A DNA stretch of 64,000 nucleotides from a virus (lineage: Duplodnaviria; Caudoviricetes): positions 1 through 64,000 of the IMG/VR virus record IMGVR_UViG_3300027769_000026. One strand, written 5' to 3'. Both the position numbers and the translations under genes were made by a program. Position 1 is the first letter of the stretch. The number at the start of each line of letters is the position of its first letter. Below are positions 19,306 to 28,529 of this stretch, piece by piece. The notes under the pieces were generated by a model, which did not search any database, was not told where the DNA came from, and worked only from the letters and a program-made list of their open reading frames with translations.

Positions 19306-19331
19306 TCAATAGCAGAGCATTGGAGTTTGGA

Positions 19332-19796
19332 TCATTTTGAACTAGGTTTTTCAGGCCAAACCACCTTATCTATGCTTGTGTTATCGGTGATGTCGCGCAG
19401 GGCTTGACGATAGTTGTCCCATTCAGCAGCCCATTCTGCTGAGCGACTTGCTCGTACCGACGGTAATTCTGTCCAATCAGACTCGGATAAAAATTGATCT
19501 CGTTCCCTGCGAAGTTGTATCCAGGCTTGCTCAGCAGATTCACTGAGCTCTTCAGCGGTAAAATCCACAACTGTAAATGTTTCAAGGACCTGTGTTTCTT
19601 CAACTACGTACTGTGTTACCAGATATTGTGTGGATCTGTTGTGTGACGGAATACTATTTGTCACTACTGGATACCACCCAAGCTCTAGCAATGTTTCTGC
19701 TGGAAAAAGATCTAGACGTGAAACATTTTCCCAGTTTTCTGGCAACGCCCTAGGACCTTCTACTATTGTTTTGTTTTTTACAAGTGCATATATCAT
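19332..19796 (-). CDS. tail fibre assembly chaperone (Phage_tail_APC-like)
   Basis: C-terminal WIQLRRERDQFLSESDWTELP...WDNYRQALRDIT...VVWPEKP. Start moved to the ATG at 19796, just after the upstream stop. Confidence 0.85.
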   Translation of the reverse strand: MIYALVKNKTIVEGPRALPENWENVSRLDLFPAETLLELGWYPVVTNSIPSHNRSTQYLVTQYVVEETQVLETFTVVDFTAEELSESAEQAWIQLRRERDQFLSESDWTELPSVRASRSAEWAAEWDNYRQALRDITDNTSIDKVVWPEKPSSK

Positions 19797-19797
19797 G

Positions 19798-21321
19798 TTA
19801 GTTGTACTTATTGACATAATCTGTTGACTCCGCAGTCACTGTGGTTGAAATTGCTGTTGCTGTTGCACCTGTGTCGGTCATTGTTGCAAAATGAGTGCTG
19901 GTTGTTCCGGCGTAGGAGAATGATGTTATTGTGGTAGGTGTTACATTTACTGTTTTTATAGCTCGTCGATTGGCAGCAAAAGTTCCAACAACTCCACCAT
20001 CAGTTAATAATTTTCCGTCTCTATCAAATTTAAGTTGCAGTGTTTGCCACTGTGCATTGTTGTCTACAGTTAGTCCTGAAAAGGTAACATCACAGACTGC
20101 GTTAACATACAGCAGATTTCGGTTGATTCCAATTGCATAACCGTCGCTAATGCCAATGGTGGCACCAGTATCTTGACGTATAATATCTATAGCCTTGAGC
20201 CAGCGCCAATCAGAGTCCCCCCACGAAATTTTTCCAACAATGCATCTTGAATCTACTGCGGTGTAACCTGTGATTGTTCTTGTACCATAAACAATATAAA
20301 TGTTGCTGTCATTGTCAACCACAATAGACTCTGGACCTAGATTCAAATTTGTAGTAGTTGTTGTAGTAACCATACCAGCATAGGTAGGACGATTAACATG
20401 AATATAATTCATGCTTGATCCATCCTGTGGTACTCTGACGATGATAGTTTGTGATGTGGTAGCACGATTGGCAGCAATAAACACAGTGCCGTTTTGATCC
20501 ACCGACATAGCAGGTCCGCTGACATTGGTATTGAACGTTCCTAGTCCAGCTGTGACTTTGCCCCAAACTTTGGAAAAATCTGTCTTGGAAAATTTAGTTA
20601 CTGAAATTTGATTTCCAATGTAGGTTCCTACGTACAAATAACTTCCAAACTGCTCCAGTGCTAAAATTGGGTTTTGATTTCCGTAATTGGTAGCGGCACC
20701 ATTGCCTGATGTTTTACTCATGAGCAAAGCGCCAGTATTACCGTCTATTTTGTGCAGACCCATGTAGCTGGTACTTGTGGTTCCTGACTGCACATCTGAC
20801 ACAAAATAAATTGAATTGTCTGAGGAATCGTATACTGCAAAGGGTGCTTGTCTGCCGCCGGTTGATCCTCTAAGCAACGCACCATATCTGAATTGCCAAA
20901 TACGAGTGTGAGTTGACATGTTGAATTTTGCTATGATTGGATAGCTGTAGCCTTGTGCATTTTGCAGATTGCTTATGGCCATTATATAGTAGTACGTGTT
21001 GGTGCTGTCTGGAAACACACTGACCACCGACCAAGGTTTTTCAATAGCACCCTGACCTAGTGTGTTGTACCTAGACCAAGATAAACTGCCAGTAGAATCT
21101 AGCTTTACCCAACGAGACATGTATCCAGAAGTTGCTATCGCATCTCCAATGGACAAATATTGGCTGTCTGCAGAATCAAATCTAGGACGAAATCTAATGA
21201 TCCTGCCATCAGCAGTTGTGGACAAATTGGCAGTCACACGCTCATAGCTCAGAGCTTTGTATACCGGCGCAATGTAATTTGATTGTTCAGCAATCAGTGC
21301 TAGTACGGAAGGCTTTGTCAT
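19798..21321 (-). CDS. putative beta-propeller adhesin (507 aa)
   Basis: Blade-like repeats (LDSTGSLSWSR, IWQFRYG, FSKVWGK, SIVVDNDSNIYIV); lies between the fibre and chaperone genes with an ATGA overlap. Confidence 0.6.
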   Translation of the reverse strand: MTKPSVLALIAEQSNYIAPVYKALSYERVTANLSTTADGRIIRFRPRFDSADSQYLSIGDAIATSGYMSRWVKLDSTGSLSWSRYNTLGQGAIEKPWSVVSVFPDSTNTYYYIMAISNLQNAQGYSYPIIAKFNMSTHTRIWQFRYGALLRGSTGGRQAPFAVYDSSDNSIYFVSDVQSGTTSTSYMGLHKIDGNTGALLMSKTSGNGAATNYGNQNPILALEQFGSYLYVGTYIGNQISVTKFSKTDFSKVWGKVTAGLGTFNTNVSGPAMSVDQNGTVFIAANRATTSQTIIVRVPQDGSSMNYIHVNRPTYAGMVTTTTTTNLNLGPESIVVDNDSNIYIVYGTRTITGYTAVDSRCIVGKISWGDSDWRWLKAIDIIRQDTGATIGISDGYAIGINRNLLYVNAVCDVTFSGLTVDNNAQWQTLQLKFDRDGKLLTDGGVVGTFAANRRAIKTVNVTPTTITSFSYAGTTSTHFATMTDTGATATAISTTVTAESTDYVNKYN

Positions 21322-24300
21322 CTGCTGTCCTGTTGTATCATTGCGCCGCGCCAGATTGTGCCGCCATCTCTAGAAATAAACACCAGCAGGTCAACTCCGC
21401 TCACAGTAAACGTAGGAGGAGATCCTCCAGGCCACTTCACTGTGGCAGGCCATATGATTCCAAATGCGCCAGGATTTGTCAATTCGATCATGATCACATT
21501 GACTGGCGTAGTAGTGTCTACTGTAAAGAAGAATGTGGTTGCACCTGCGATTGTTGCACTAAAGTGGGCTGCCGAACTGGCATCCAAGATGACATTACCT
21601 GTCACACTGCCTTTTGCTGAAGTTGGAAATGGTTGATTACCTGGTTTCCAATTTGTGCCGTTCCAATACAGTACGTTGTTGGCAGTGGGCGCAGTTGTTA
21701 CAGTATCAACGTCGTTCAGTTTGTTGATACTGTCGCTTGACGTTACCACAGCGGAGTCAACGGCTATGGCGCCAGTTGTGCTGTTATAGCTAATGCCTGT
21801 ACTGCCACTAAACAATCCTCGCACAGTGGCGTTATCAAGTGAAAATACACCAGTAAGACTACTGTAAGACACACCTGCTGTGCCACTGACCAATGCTCGA
21901 CCAGATGTGGTAAAATCAGATACCTGGCTAGCAGTGATTGAAATATTTGCTTCTGACGCCGCGGTTAATCTTCCTTTAGAATCCACTGTGAAAGAAACTG
22001 TTTTTGCTGTGGTGGTTCCGTATGCCGCGGCTGTTACTGTGGTGTTTGCAAGAGTTGTTGCTATTGAAACAATACCAGAAGAACTGGTTGCAGTACCGGT
22101 TGTATCTCCTGTCAGCGTTACTGTTTTAGCATAGTCCTGGTTGTCACCAACTGTGGCACGACCATATACATCCACTGTAATGTTGTTGTATGTGCCTGCT
22201 ACCACGCCCGACGTGTTCATGTCGATAGTTGATTGGCCAGACACCGCATTGAAAGATTGTGTCAATCTAGCAGAAACGCCGCCTGCTGGTAATATGCTTA
22301 TTACTCCGCTGTTGCTGATTGTTTGGACGCCGCTAAGAAACGACGAGACCGAGATACCTGCACCAGAACTAACATAAAGCAAGCCAGTGTTGCTGATTGT
22401 GGCAGCTCCGGAGGCTTTGATCACTTGCATGCCTGTACCGGCTATAACGTCTAATATGCCTGAGTTTGAAATAGTTTGTGTACCTGATGATACCGATCCT
22501 ACTGTTATACCTGTACCGGCTGTTACTGAAGTCAATGCTGAACTGCTTACAGTGACGTTTCCGCTTAGGTCTGTGGACACACTGACTGAACCAGTTCCAA
22601 CAACTGTTCTAATTCCAGTGTTGGTAATTGTCAGTGTGCTGGTACCAGGTGTTGCTCCGTTGACGATTGCCAGGCTAATTGCTGATCCTGCAATGAACGT
22701 AAACGAGTCCGTGTTTGATTTTGCAGTGGCGCTGGTTGCACCCACTGTGAGCGATTTGAAAATAAATTGACTGCTGCCGCGATCACTATTAGTATATGCA
22801 CCAGTGGCCGTGTCATAGGTTAAACCAGTTCCGGCAGAAAGTGATGCTCTGGCTCGTGCTTCAGTAAAGAATCTTGCTGTTGATATTTCTTCTAGGTCGG
22901 TTGTTTTAAGAATTTTGCCTGATATGTTGCCGGTTCCTGTTGTATAACCAAGATAGCCGCTGTTGTTAAACAAGGCAGTGCCACCACCAATTCGTAACTG
23001 GCCGCCAATCCAAAGATCATTCCAGCGGAAACTTGTATTACCCAAGTCGTGAATATTATTTGTGACAGGTAAAATATCTGTGTTAACTGATGTGATTCTA
23101 TCATTAAATCTTGCTAGAGTAAAATACTTGTTTGTAAGACCCTCAGGCAGTCCATCAGTATTGGTCAACACTGTACCACCGGTACTGCCACCCGAAACAA
23201 ATCCATTGCTTATGTAGGCTGTAAATCCCGTGGTATCAAGCGGTATTGTTAATGTAGGATCAGTAAACAGTCTAACCTGGGTGCTGTTAATGACATCTAA
23301 AAAGTATGTATTGCCATTGAGCTCAACCATGCCGATCACATCGGTGATGGTCACTTCGTCGCCGTCTACAAATCCATGCGGGGTAATTGTTGTTAGTATT
23401 CCTGGATTGGCCTGTGATACGTTGGTAATTACTTCACTGTGGCTTCCTGTACCAATCACAACTCTTATTTCATACTGCCCCGACGAAGGATTCCTATAGA
23501 CATCGCAACCAATGTGATTTCCATGTACCCATACGGATTCAATTCCATCTTGTGCTCGTTGATTTGTAAACCATTTGTTAACAGGAGATGCGTCTTCGGC
23601 TAGTTCATCTGTTGTGTGATTTGATATGTCTGATACTTGACCCGTGACATCGCCAGTAACATCTCCTACAAATGTATCAGCATACATGTTGTTTGTTGCT
23701 GTAATGTCTATAAATGTTGGGCTTGCGTTTGTGTCTATACGTTGGTTAGCAAGATCCAGATAGGAAGGAAGATTTATTCCAATAATACCTGTTAGTGAAT
23801 CATATGTGATCAGCCCGGCGCCGCTCAATGCTGTACGCACACGAGGTATGGTAAAATAAAGATTGTCACCTTCTGGCAAGGCTGTTGTGTCAGTTGGTAT
23901 CTGTCCCAGGATGCTGGTCTCAACCCATTGTTTGTTGGCCAACTGTCTTCCTAAAACAGGATTATCTATGCGAACATCTCTATCACCAAAATCAATACTA
24001 AGCCCAAATGCATCTTCATTTAATGAACCTGGAGTAACTTCTGTGATAGAAATCTTTCCAAAGTCAAGACCATAAAAGTCGGCACCAACGGTAGGAGGCG
24101 TTCCTACAAAAGTAATCTGGCCGCCTGTGTTGATTGTATAATCAATGAGCGGTCGTCTAAAGGTGCCATCGACGTAGATCAGCGTGTAGTATTCATTGTA
24201 TGGGTTAGCAGCGACCCCGCCGTGTCGTAACTGAAAAGGTCCGACCGTTCCGTCAAATATCAAATCATCAAATGGTTCTGCAGGATTGACCACATCGCCC

Positions 24301-24584
24301 GGAGAAGCTGACCCACTACCAGATCCTCCACCAAGGTGCATGTGCACCACTGTGATTATGGAATCGTCTGGGGGTGCTTCTGTGAACTCAAGATTTAGAT
24401 TGCCGTCAAGATTGTATGCCGACACTGCCGGCTGAGTTACGCCGTCAATCACAACCAAAATGCTACGAGGATTTACCGGACGGGGTTGACTCAGCGTGAA
24501 AGTTATCGTGGTGCCGTCACCTACGAATGTATCTACTGTGAAAGGAGCAAATCCAACAAAGGGATTGTTGCCAATGTACGCCAT
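21318..24584 (-). CDS. long tail fibre protein (1088 aa)
   Basis: MAYIGNNP N-terminus, several TDxLxEG.N.YFT repeats, a SQANPGILTTITPHGFVDGDEVTITDV module, a G/T/S-rich shaft, and a C-terminal WPATVKWPGG..P...GVDLLVFISRDGGTIWRG fibre-tip domain. Confidence 0.8.
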   Translation of the reverse strand: MAYIGNNPFVGFAPFTVDTFVGDGTTITFTLSQPRPVNPRSILVVIDGVTQPAVSAYNLDGNLNLEFTEAPPDDSIITVVHMHLGGGSGSGSASPGDVVNPAEPFDDLIFDGTVGPFQLRHGGVAANPYNEYYTLIYVDGTFRRPLIDYTINTGGQITFVGTPPTVGADFYGLDFGKISITEVTPGSLNEDAFGLSIDFGDRDVRIDNPVLGRQLANKQWVETSILGQIPTDTTALPEGDNLYFTIPRVRTALSGAGLITYDSLTGIIGINLPSYLDLANQRIDTNASPTFIDITATNNMYADTFVGDVTGDVTGQVSDISNHTTDELAEDASPVNKWFTNQRAQDGIESVWVHGNHIGCDVYRNPSSGQYEIRVVIGTGSHSEVITNVSQANPGILTTITPHGFVDGDEVTITDVIGMVELNGNTYFLDVINSTQVRLFTDPTLTIPLDTTGFTAYISNGFVSGGSTGGTVLTNTDGLPEGLTNKYFTLARFNDRITSVNTDILPVTNNIHDLGNTSFRWNDLWIGGQLRIGGGTALFNNSGYLGYTTGTGNISGKILKTTDLEEISTARFFTEARARASLSAGTGLTYDTATGAYTNSDRGSSQFIFKSLTVGATSATAKSNTDSFTFIAGSAISLAIVNGATPGTSTLTITNTGIRTVVGTGSVSVSTDLSGNVTVSSSALTSVTAGTGITVGSVSSGTQTISNSGILDVIAGTGMQVIKASGAATISNTGLLYVSSGAGISVSSFLSGVQTISNSGVISILPAGGVSARLTQSFNAVSGQSTIDMNTSGVVAGTYNNITVDVYGRATVGDNQDYAKTVTLTGDTTGTATSSSGIVSIATTLANTTVTAAAYGTTTAKTVSFTVDSKGRLTAASEANISITASQVSDFTTSGRALVSGTAGVSYSSLTGVFSLDNATVRGLFSGSTGISYNSTTGAIAVDSAVVTSSDSINKLNDVDTVTTAPTANNVLYWNGTNWKPGNQPFPTSAKGSVTGNVILDASSAAHFSATIAGATTFFFTVDTTTPVNVIMIELTNPGAFGIIWPATVKWPGGSPPTFTVSGVDLLVFISRDGGTIWRGAMIQQDSR

Positions 24585-24612
24585 TTAGAGCCCGCCTATA
24601 CTTTTATCCAGA

Positions 24613-24618
24613 TATTTA
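24613..24618 (-). promoter_or_regulatory. late promoter TAAATA
   Basis: GATAAATA upstream of the 1088-aa fibre gene. Confidence 0.7.
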
Positions 24619-24640
24619 TCTGGGTGTGAGACCAGCGGCC

Positions 24641-24967
24641 TCAAGAGATCAACAATATCGATGCAAAAGCATTGCAATAGATATTTGATGAGAACGCTCG
24701 CAACTCGTCGTTGGGTTCTAAATTTATTGGTTTTTCTAGTACCAGCGTGGAATTTGGTGCAATCGGAACTTTGTGTAAAATTTCTCTGCTGGTTCCAGCA
24801 CTGGAATCATAGACTTTTAGTGTGACAACTGTGCCGGTTAAATCACTAGTGTTTGATACATAAAGCCCGTGCACAATGGCACTACGTAATCCTGCGGCAT
24901 CGGCAGTAAAAACTGTGGCTTCTGTTGTGGTCAGCGCGGCATTTGCGTTTACAAATTGACTAGGCAT
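24641..24967 (-). CDS. small beta-sandwich virion protein (108 aa)
   Basis: IVHGLYVSN...VTLKVYD...HKVPIAPNSTLVLEKPINLEPNDELR pattern; follows a gene ending YAIALGG. Confidence 0.7.
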   Translation of the reverse strand: MPSQFVNANAALTTTEATVFTADAAGLRSAIVHGLYVSNTSDLTGTVVTLKVYDSSAGTSREILHKVPIAPNSTLVLEKPINLEPNDELRAFSSNIYCNAFASILLIS

Positions 24968-24970
24968 TTA

Positions 24971-25243
24971 TCAACCTCCTAATGCGATTGCATAAGCAAT
25001 GGCATCGCCTTCGCTGACATAGACTTCGCCAGACACAATCGTACTAGGACTAACCCAGGCTGTACCGTTCCAAAATTCCACCTGATTTGTTGTGGTATTC
25101 CATCGTTGCGCACCTTGCTCGGGTGCGGACGGACGTTGGCTTTGTGTACCAACCGGCATGACTAAACTGCCCGTTTGGTCTATCTTGATAGTCTTGCTTT
25201 CGCTAGATATCTTATTCTGTTGATGGTCTAGATTGATTGCCAT
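24971..25243 (-). CDS. small virion protein (90 aa) ending DAIAYAIALGG
   Basis: PVGTQSQRP...GAQRWNTTTNQVEFWNGTAW fibre motif; upstream GGTAAATA and SD AGGAG. Confidence 0.75.
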   Translation of the reverse strand: MAINLDHQQNKISSESKTIKIDQTGSLVMPVGTQSQRPSAPEQGAQRWNTTTNQVEFWNGTAWVSPSTIVSGEVYVSEGDAIAYAIALGG

Positions 25244-25484
25244 TGTTGTCTCCTGAACTACCAGTATTTACCGGTTCATCAGCTTCAGAGACCCAATGGT
25301 TTAATGGACAAGACATGTTTTTGAGTTTGGTTTTGAAAGGCATGTAACAGCCACATTCTTTACACATGCTTGTGATTGAAATGTAGCGATCACAAGACTT
25401 GCAAATCTGTGTGCGACGAATGGCTTCTATTTCTGAAGCCAGTTTCACATTCCAAAATTTAGCAAATCTTTCCTGTTTGTCCAT
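25212..25484 (-). CDS. small Cys-rich putative metal-binding protein (DUF6171-like)
   Basis: RTQICKSC-x9-CKECGC...SCPLNHW. Start set at ATG 25484, 6 nt after a TATAAT box. Confidence 0.7.
   Translation of the reverse strand: MDKQERFAKFWNVKLASEIEAIRRTQICKSCDRYISITSMCKECGCYMPFKTKLKNMSCPLNHWVSEADEPVNTGSSGDNNGNQSRPSTE
25265..25270 (-). promoter_or_regulatory. late promoter TAAATA
   Basis: GGTAAATA inside the 3' end of the Cys-rich gene, upstream of SD and ATG 25243. Confidence 0.65.
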
Positions 25485-25490
25485 GACACT

Positions 25491-25519
25491 ATTATAGCAT
25501 CCTGCGCAACTCATTACAA
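25491..25519 (-). promoter_or_regulatory. sigma70-type early promoter (TTGTAA-17-TATAAT, extended TG)
   Basis: Minus strand reads TTGTAA tgagttgcgcaggatgc TATAAT agtgtc ATG. Confidence 0.6.
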
Positions 25520-27046
25520 GCCTATTTTTGCACCATTTGTTGGAACTAGATTGTTTGTAGTAAATGGGTTAGCTGAGTTGTATGGCCAGTTTAACACTCG
25601 TTGCAATCCACCTTGAAGATGTCGCTGATTGGTATAACCTGCTGTGCCTTCAGTCATGGTTTCTTTGTCTGACAATTCCAGTAACCAATCTTTAATTTGC
25701 TGATGACTGTAGTTTGGTCTCATGCCTGCCATAAGACATGCCACACCGGCTGTGATTGGCGTTGCCATTGACGTACCGCTCAACTTGTTTAGGTAGTAGC
25801 TGGCATTACGAGAATCTGTAACAGCATTGGTATAGTAAGACGAGTTGGAATAAGCACCCATCGTCATTGCGCCAGCGGCATAGATGCTGACTCCAGGTCC
25901 TGTTTCTGAGAATGTTGTTTTTTGTTCGGTACTTGTTTGATCTAAAGCGCCAACACATATCATGCTACTGCCACCACTAATTGGACCTGTAGGACTTGAT
26001 CCTCTGTGATAGTAATCTCCATTGACTGTGTTATCCCAATCCAATCCACCCGGGGAATCAATCTTGTGATAGTAATTGCCTGCGGCGCCTAACATGATTA
26101 CACCTGCATCAATGCAATCTGAAACGTCTGCATCCAATGCAGTTATACGAACGCCATATAAACTATTAACTTGGCCGTATGTTGAATCTCTTCCGGTATG
26201 TGTATAAGTTGTTCCACGATAAACAGTGGTACATGAACTTGGATAGCTGCCGCGCCAGCCCCAGCTGTTTGTACACACTGTTGGTCGCTTGTTTCCGGCT
26301 GCTACTTTTGCCAAATGGAATGCCTTGACAATGTCAAAACAGATTGTGTCTGATATTGCACCAAGGCCGCTGCCGCCAAAGATTCTAATGCTATAAAGTG
26401 CCGCACCTTTAGCCATGCCATTGTGACTACCGGCTGCTAAACTGGCGCAATTGGATCCGTGTCCGTCGCTGTCGCCGATGTATCCACCAATTGATCCGCC
26501 GGTAGGAGTACCAGGTACACCTAGACTGGCCCAGTTGAAATCAACAAGTCTAGTAGGACCTGTGCCATCATATGTTGTGCTCCATTCAGGATGTCCTCCA
26601 ATGATGCCAGAATCAATCAAGATCAAATCAACGCCCGAGCCATCCTGGTTGTAGGTATAATCAGCAGTAACTTGATCACCAACATACCCTGCATTTAATT
26701 GAGAATGTCTGTACAATCCCCAGTTACGCATGGTATTGTTGATTGTTATAGAATCTCTATGAAAGTTCTGAGCTGGTTGTATTTTGTGCAAGACTTTTTC
26801 GTAGCCTAGTTCTTGCGGAGGTCTTGCAACATCCAACACACGAGGATCATTGCGTAGAGCAAATGCTTCAGTATCAGTTAGTGCATAGTGTGTGTTGCGA
26901 TCACTGAATGGTCTTTCATCAATGACAGTAACAGATCGTGCTGGAATAGTATCAACAGCCGCGGAGGCATCTGTCATCTGTGTTATAAAATCAGTTGCAT
27001 CATTCTTGTCACGCAATGTGACTATGTATTCGCGTTCAGTTGACAT
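25514..27046 (-). CDS. subtilisin-like S8 serine protease with N-terminal propeptide
   Basis: Catalytic triad motifs VDLILIDSG (D), DSDGHGSNCASLAAG (H), SGTSMATP (S); oxyanion AAGN; I9-like propeptide EYIVTL. Confidence 0.92.
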   Translation of the reverse strand: MSTEREYIVTLRDKNDATDFITQMTDASAAVDTIPARSVTVIDERPFSDRNTHYALTDTEAFALRNDPRVLDVARPPQELGYEKVLHKIQPAQNFHRDSITINNTMRNWGLYRHSQLNAGYVGDQVTADYTYNQDGSGVDLILIDSGIIGGHPEWSTTYDGTGPTRLVDFNWASLGVPGTPTGGSIGGYIGDSDGHGSNCASLAAGSHNGMAKGAALYSIRIFGGSGLGAISDTICFDIVKAFHLAKVAAGNKRPTVCTNSWGWRGSYPSSCTTVYRGTTYTHTGRDSTYGQVNSLYGVRITALDADVSDCIDAGVIMLGAAGNYYHKIDSPGGLDWDNTVNGDYYHRGSSPTGPISGGSSMICVGALDQTSTEQKTTFSETGPGVSIYAAGAMTMGAYSNSSYYTNAVTDSRNASYYLNKLSGTSMATPITAGVACLMAGMRPNYSHQQIKDWLLELSDKETMTEGTAGYTNQRHLQGGLQRVLNWPYNSANPFTTNNLVPTNGAKIGL

Positions 27047-27052
27047 ACTTTA

Positions 27053-28504
27053 TCACCAAGCACCAGTTGATGTCCAGGCACTCTTCACCCAGATGTTGGA
27101 AGTTCCGTCATAATCTGCTGTGCAATAGAATATAGAAGTGCCATTCATTGCAACATCGCCGGCTTTGTTGCCAGCTGCACCAACTGATGTAGTGGGCACA
27201 ACTCCTACCACACGGAACACAGTTGATCCAAATGTCACTGATCCTGCAACCGTGATGCCATTGCCTGTTATGACCAATGAGTCCGCCATTGCGCCTGCAT
27301 TTCGAACGCTGAAATTCAGTGTGGTATCTTCAGAAGCTGATGTGATGTCGGTTACTTTACTGAAGACAGATGCCGCAAGAAAATTTGCACTTGCAGTAAC
27401 CGATTGTCTGAAACTGATGCTGACTCCAACATTGCCGTTGGCAGGAGCTGATCGATAAGCTGTTAGATCAACTGATGCAGGTACGGTAGAGCCGAATGAA
27501 GACATATTGCTTATTGCACGCAAAATTCGATCTTGAAGACCTGTTTCAATCTCAAATGTTTTTGCTGTTGGTGTTGGTCCATAAGCCTCGCCAACGCGGA
27601 ATGTTCCATCAACGATGGCAGAGCCACCTGGGCTGCCTGGGCTCAGTGTCACGTCTGACAGAGAAATAAGATTCAGTATGCCGCCTGCACCTACATCAAG
27701 TGCACCCAAAGCCTGTATAGCATTTGTTCCAGCGCCTTGCATGTTGATAACAGCATCTTCGGCTATTTCCAAACTGCCGTCCAATTTGAATGTGAAGGTC
27801 TTTGGAGTAACTCCGCTGGCATTGGTGATGATTTCAAGATCAGTATCGGATGTAAAATTAGGCGTGCCTGTGCCGCCGGACACAAAATTGTCAGCTGCCA
27901 CTGTTCCTGTCACAGTCAATGTTGTTGTTGCACTGTCCCATTCAATGCCAGCCACATCATCAACAGCAGTACCTGTAGCTGAATAATAGGCCAACTTCTT
28001 TGCAACACCAGAATTCACTGTGCCTGAGCCAGCGCCGCCTGCTGCCTCAATGGTAACTGTGTTGGCATCGGTTCTGGTCAGTGTAATATTTGTACCAGCG
28101 GCTAGTTTGACATCATCAGTTGAAGAATCAGACCCAGTTAATCTAAGATTAACTCCACCAGTTGCTGTTTCTGCACTGATACCATATGTTGCTCCGCTAC
28201 CAGTTGAAGCAATGGTAATTGTATTGGCATCTGTTCTGGTTAAAGAAACATTGGAGCCAGCAGCCAACTTGACATCGTCTGTAGTTGAATTAGATCCAGT
28301 TAATCTAAGATTAACGCCACCTGTTGTTGTTTCTGCACTGATACTGTAGGTTGCACCAGGGGTCAATTCATGCCCACCCACAGTGGTACCATCATGCACA
28401 ATAAGAGTGTGCTTGGTAGTATCTACTGTGACCTCTCTTGCAAGACCCGTGAAAGAGGCATTTTGTAGTGTGGTGCCACCTCGTAATTGAAGTTGTGTGG
28501 GCAT
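27053..28504 (-). CDS. fibre protein with a major tropism determinant N-terminal (Mtd_N-like) domain and an internal duplication
   Basis: MPTQLQLRGGT...FTGLAREVTVDTTKHTLIVHDGTTVGGHEL N-terminus. Confidence 0.75.
   Translation of the reverse strand: MPTQLQLRGGTTLQNASFTGLAREVTVDTTKHTLIVHDGTTVGGHELTPGATYSISAETTTGGVNLRLTGSNSTTDDVKLAAGSNVSLTRTDANTITIASTGSGATYGISAETATGGVNLRLTGSDSSTDDVKLAAGTNITLTRTDANTVTIEAAGGAGSGTVNSGVAKKLAYYSATGTAVDDVAGIEWDSATTTLTVTGTVAADNFVSGGTGTPNFTSDTDLEIITNASGVTPKTFTFKLDGSLEIAEDAVINMQGAGTNAIQALGALDVGAGGILNLISLSDVTLSPGSPGGSAIVDGTFRVGEAYGPTPTAKTFEIETGLQDRILRAISNMSSFGSTVPASVDLTAYRSAPANGNVGVSISFRQSVTASANFLAASVFSKVTDITSASEDTTLNFSVRNAGAMADSLVITGNGITVAGSVTFGSTVFRVVGVVPTTSVGAAGNKAGDVAMNGTSIFYCTADYDGTSNIWVKSAWTSTGAW
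28062..28354. repeat. two diverged direct repeats with 162-bp period (54 aa) inside the Mtd_N gene
   Basis: TYSISAETTTGGVNLRLTGSNSTTDDVKLAAGSNVSLTRTDAN versus TYGISAETATGGVNLRLTGSDSSTDDVKLAAGTNITLTRTDAN; copies begin at 28062 and 28224. Confidence 0.9.
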
Positions 28505-28529
28505 GTTTTATTTCTCCAAGTTGTTCATA

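Noticed and set aside
6406-28504. Diversity-generating retroelement acting on the RCC1 or Mtd_N genes
   Set aside because: No reverse transcriptase and no 100-150 nt near-duplicate with adenine-specific mismatches seen in this window.
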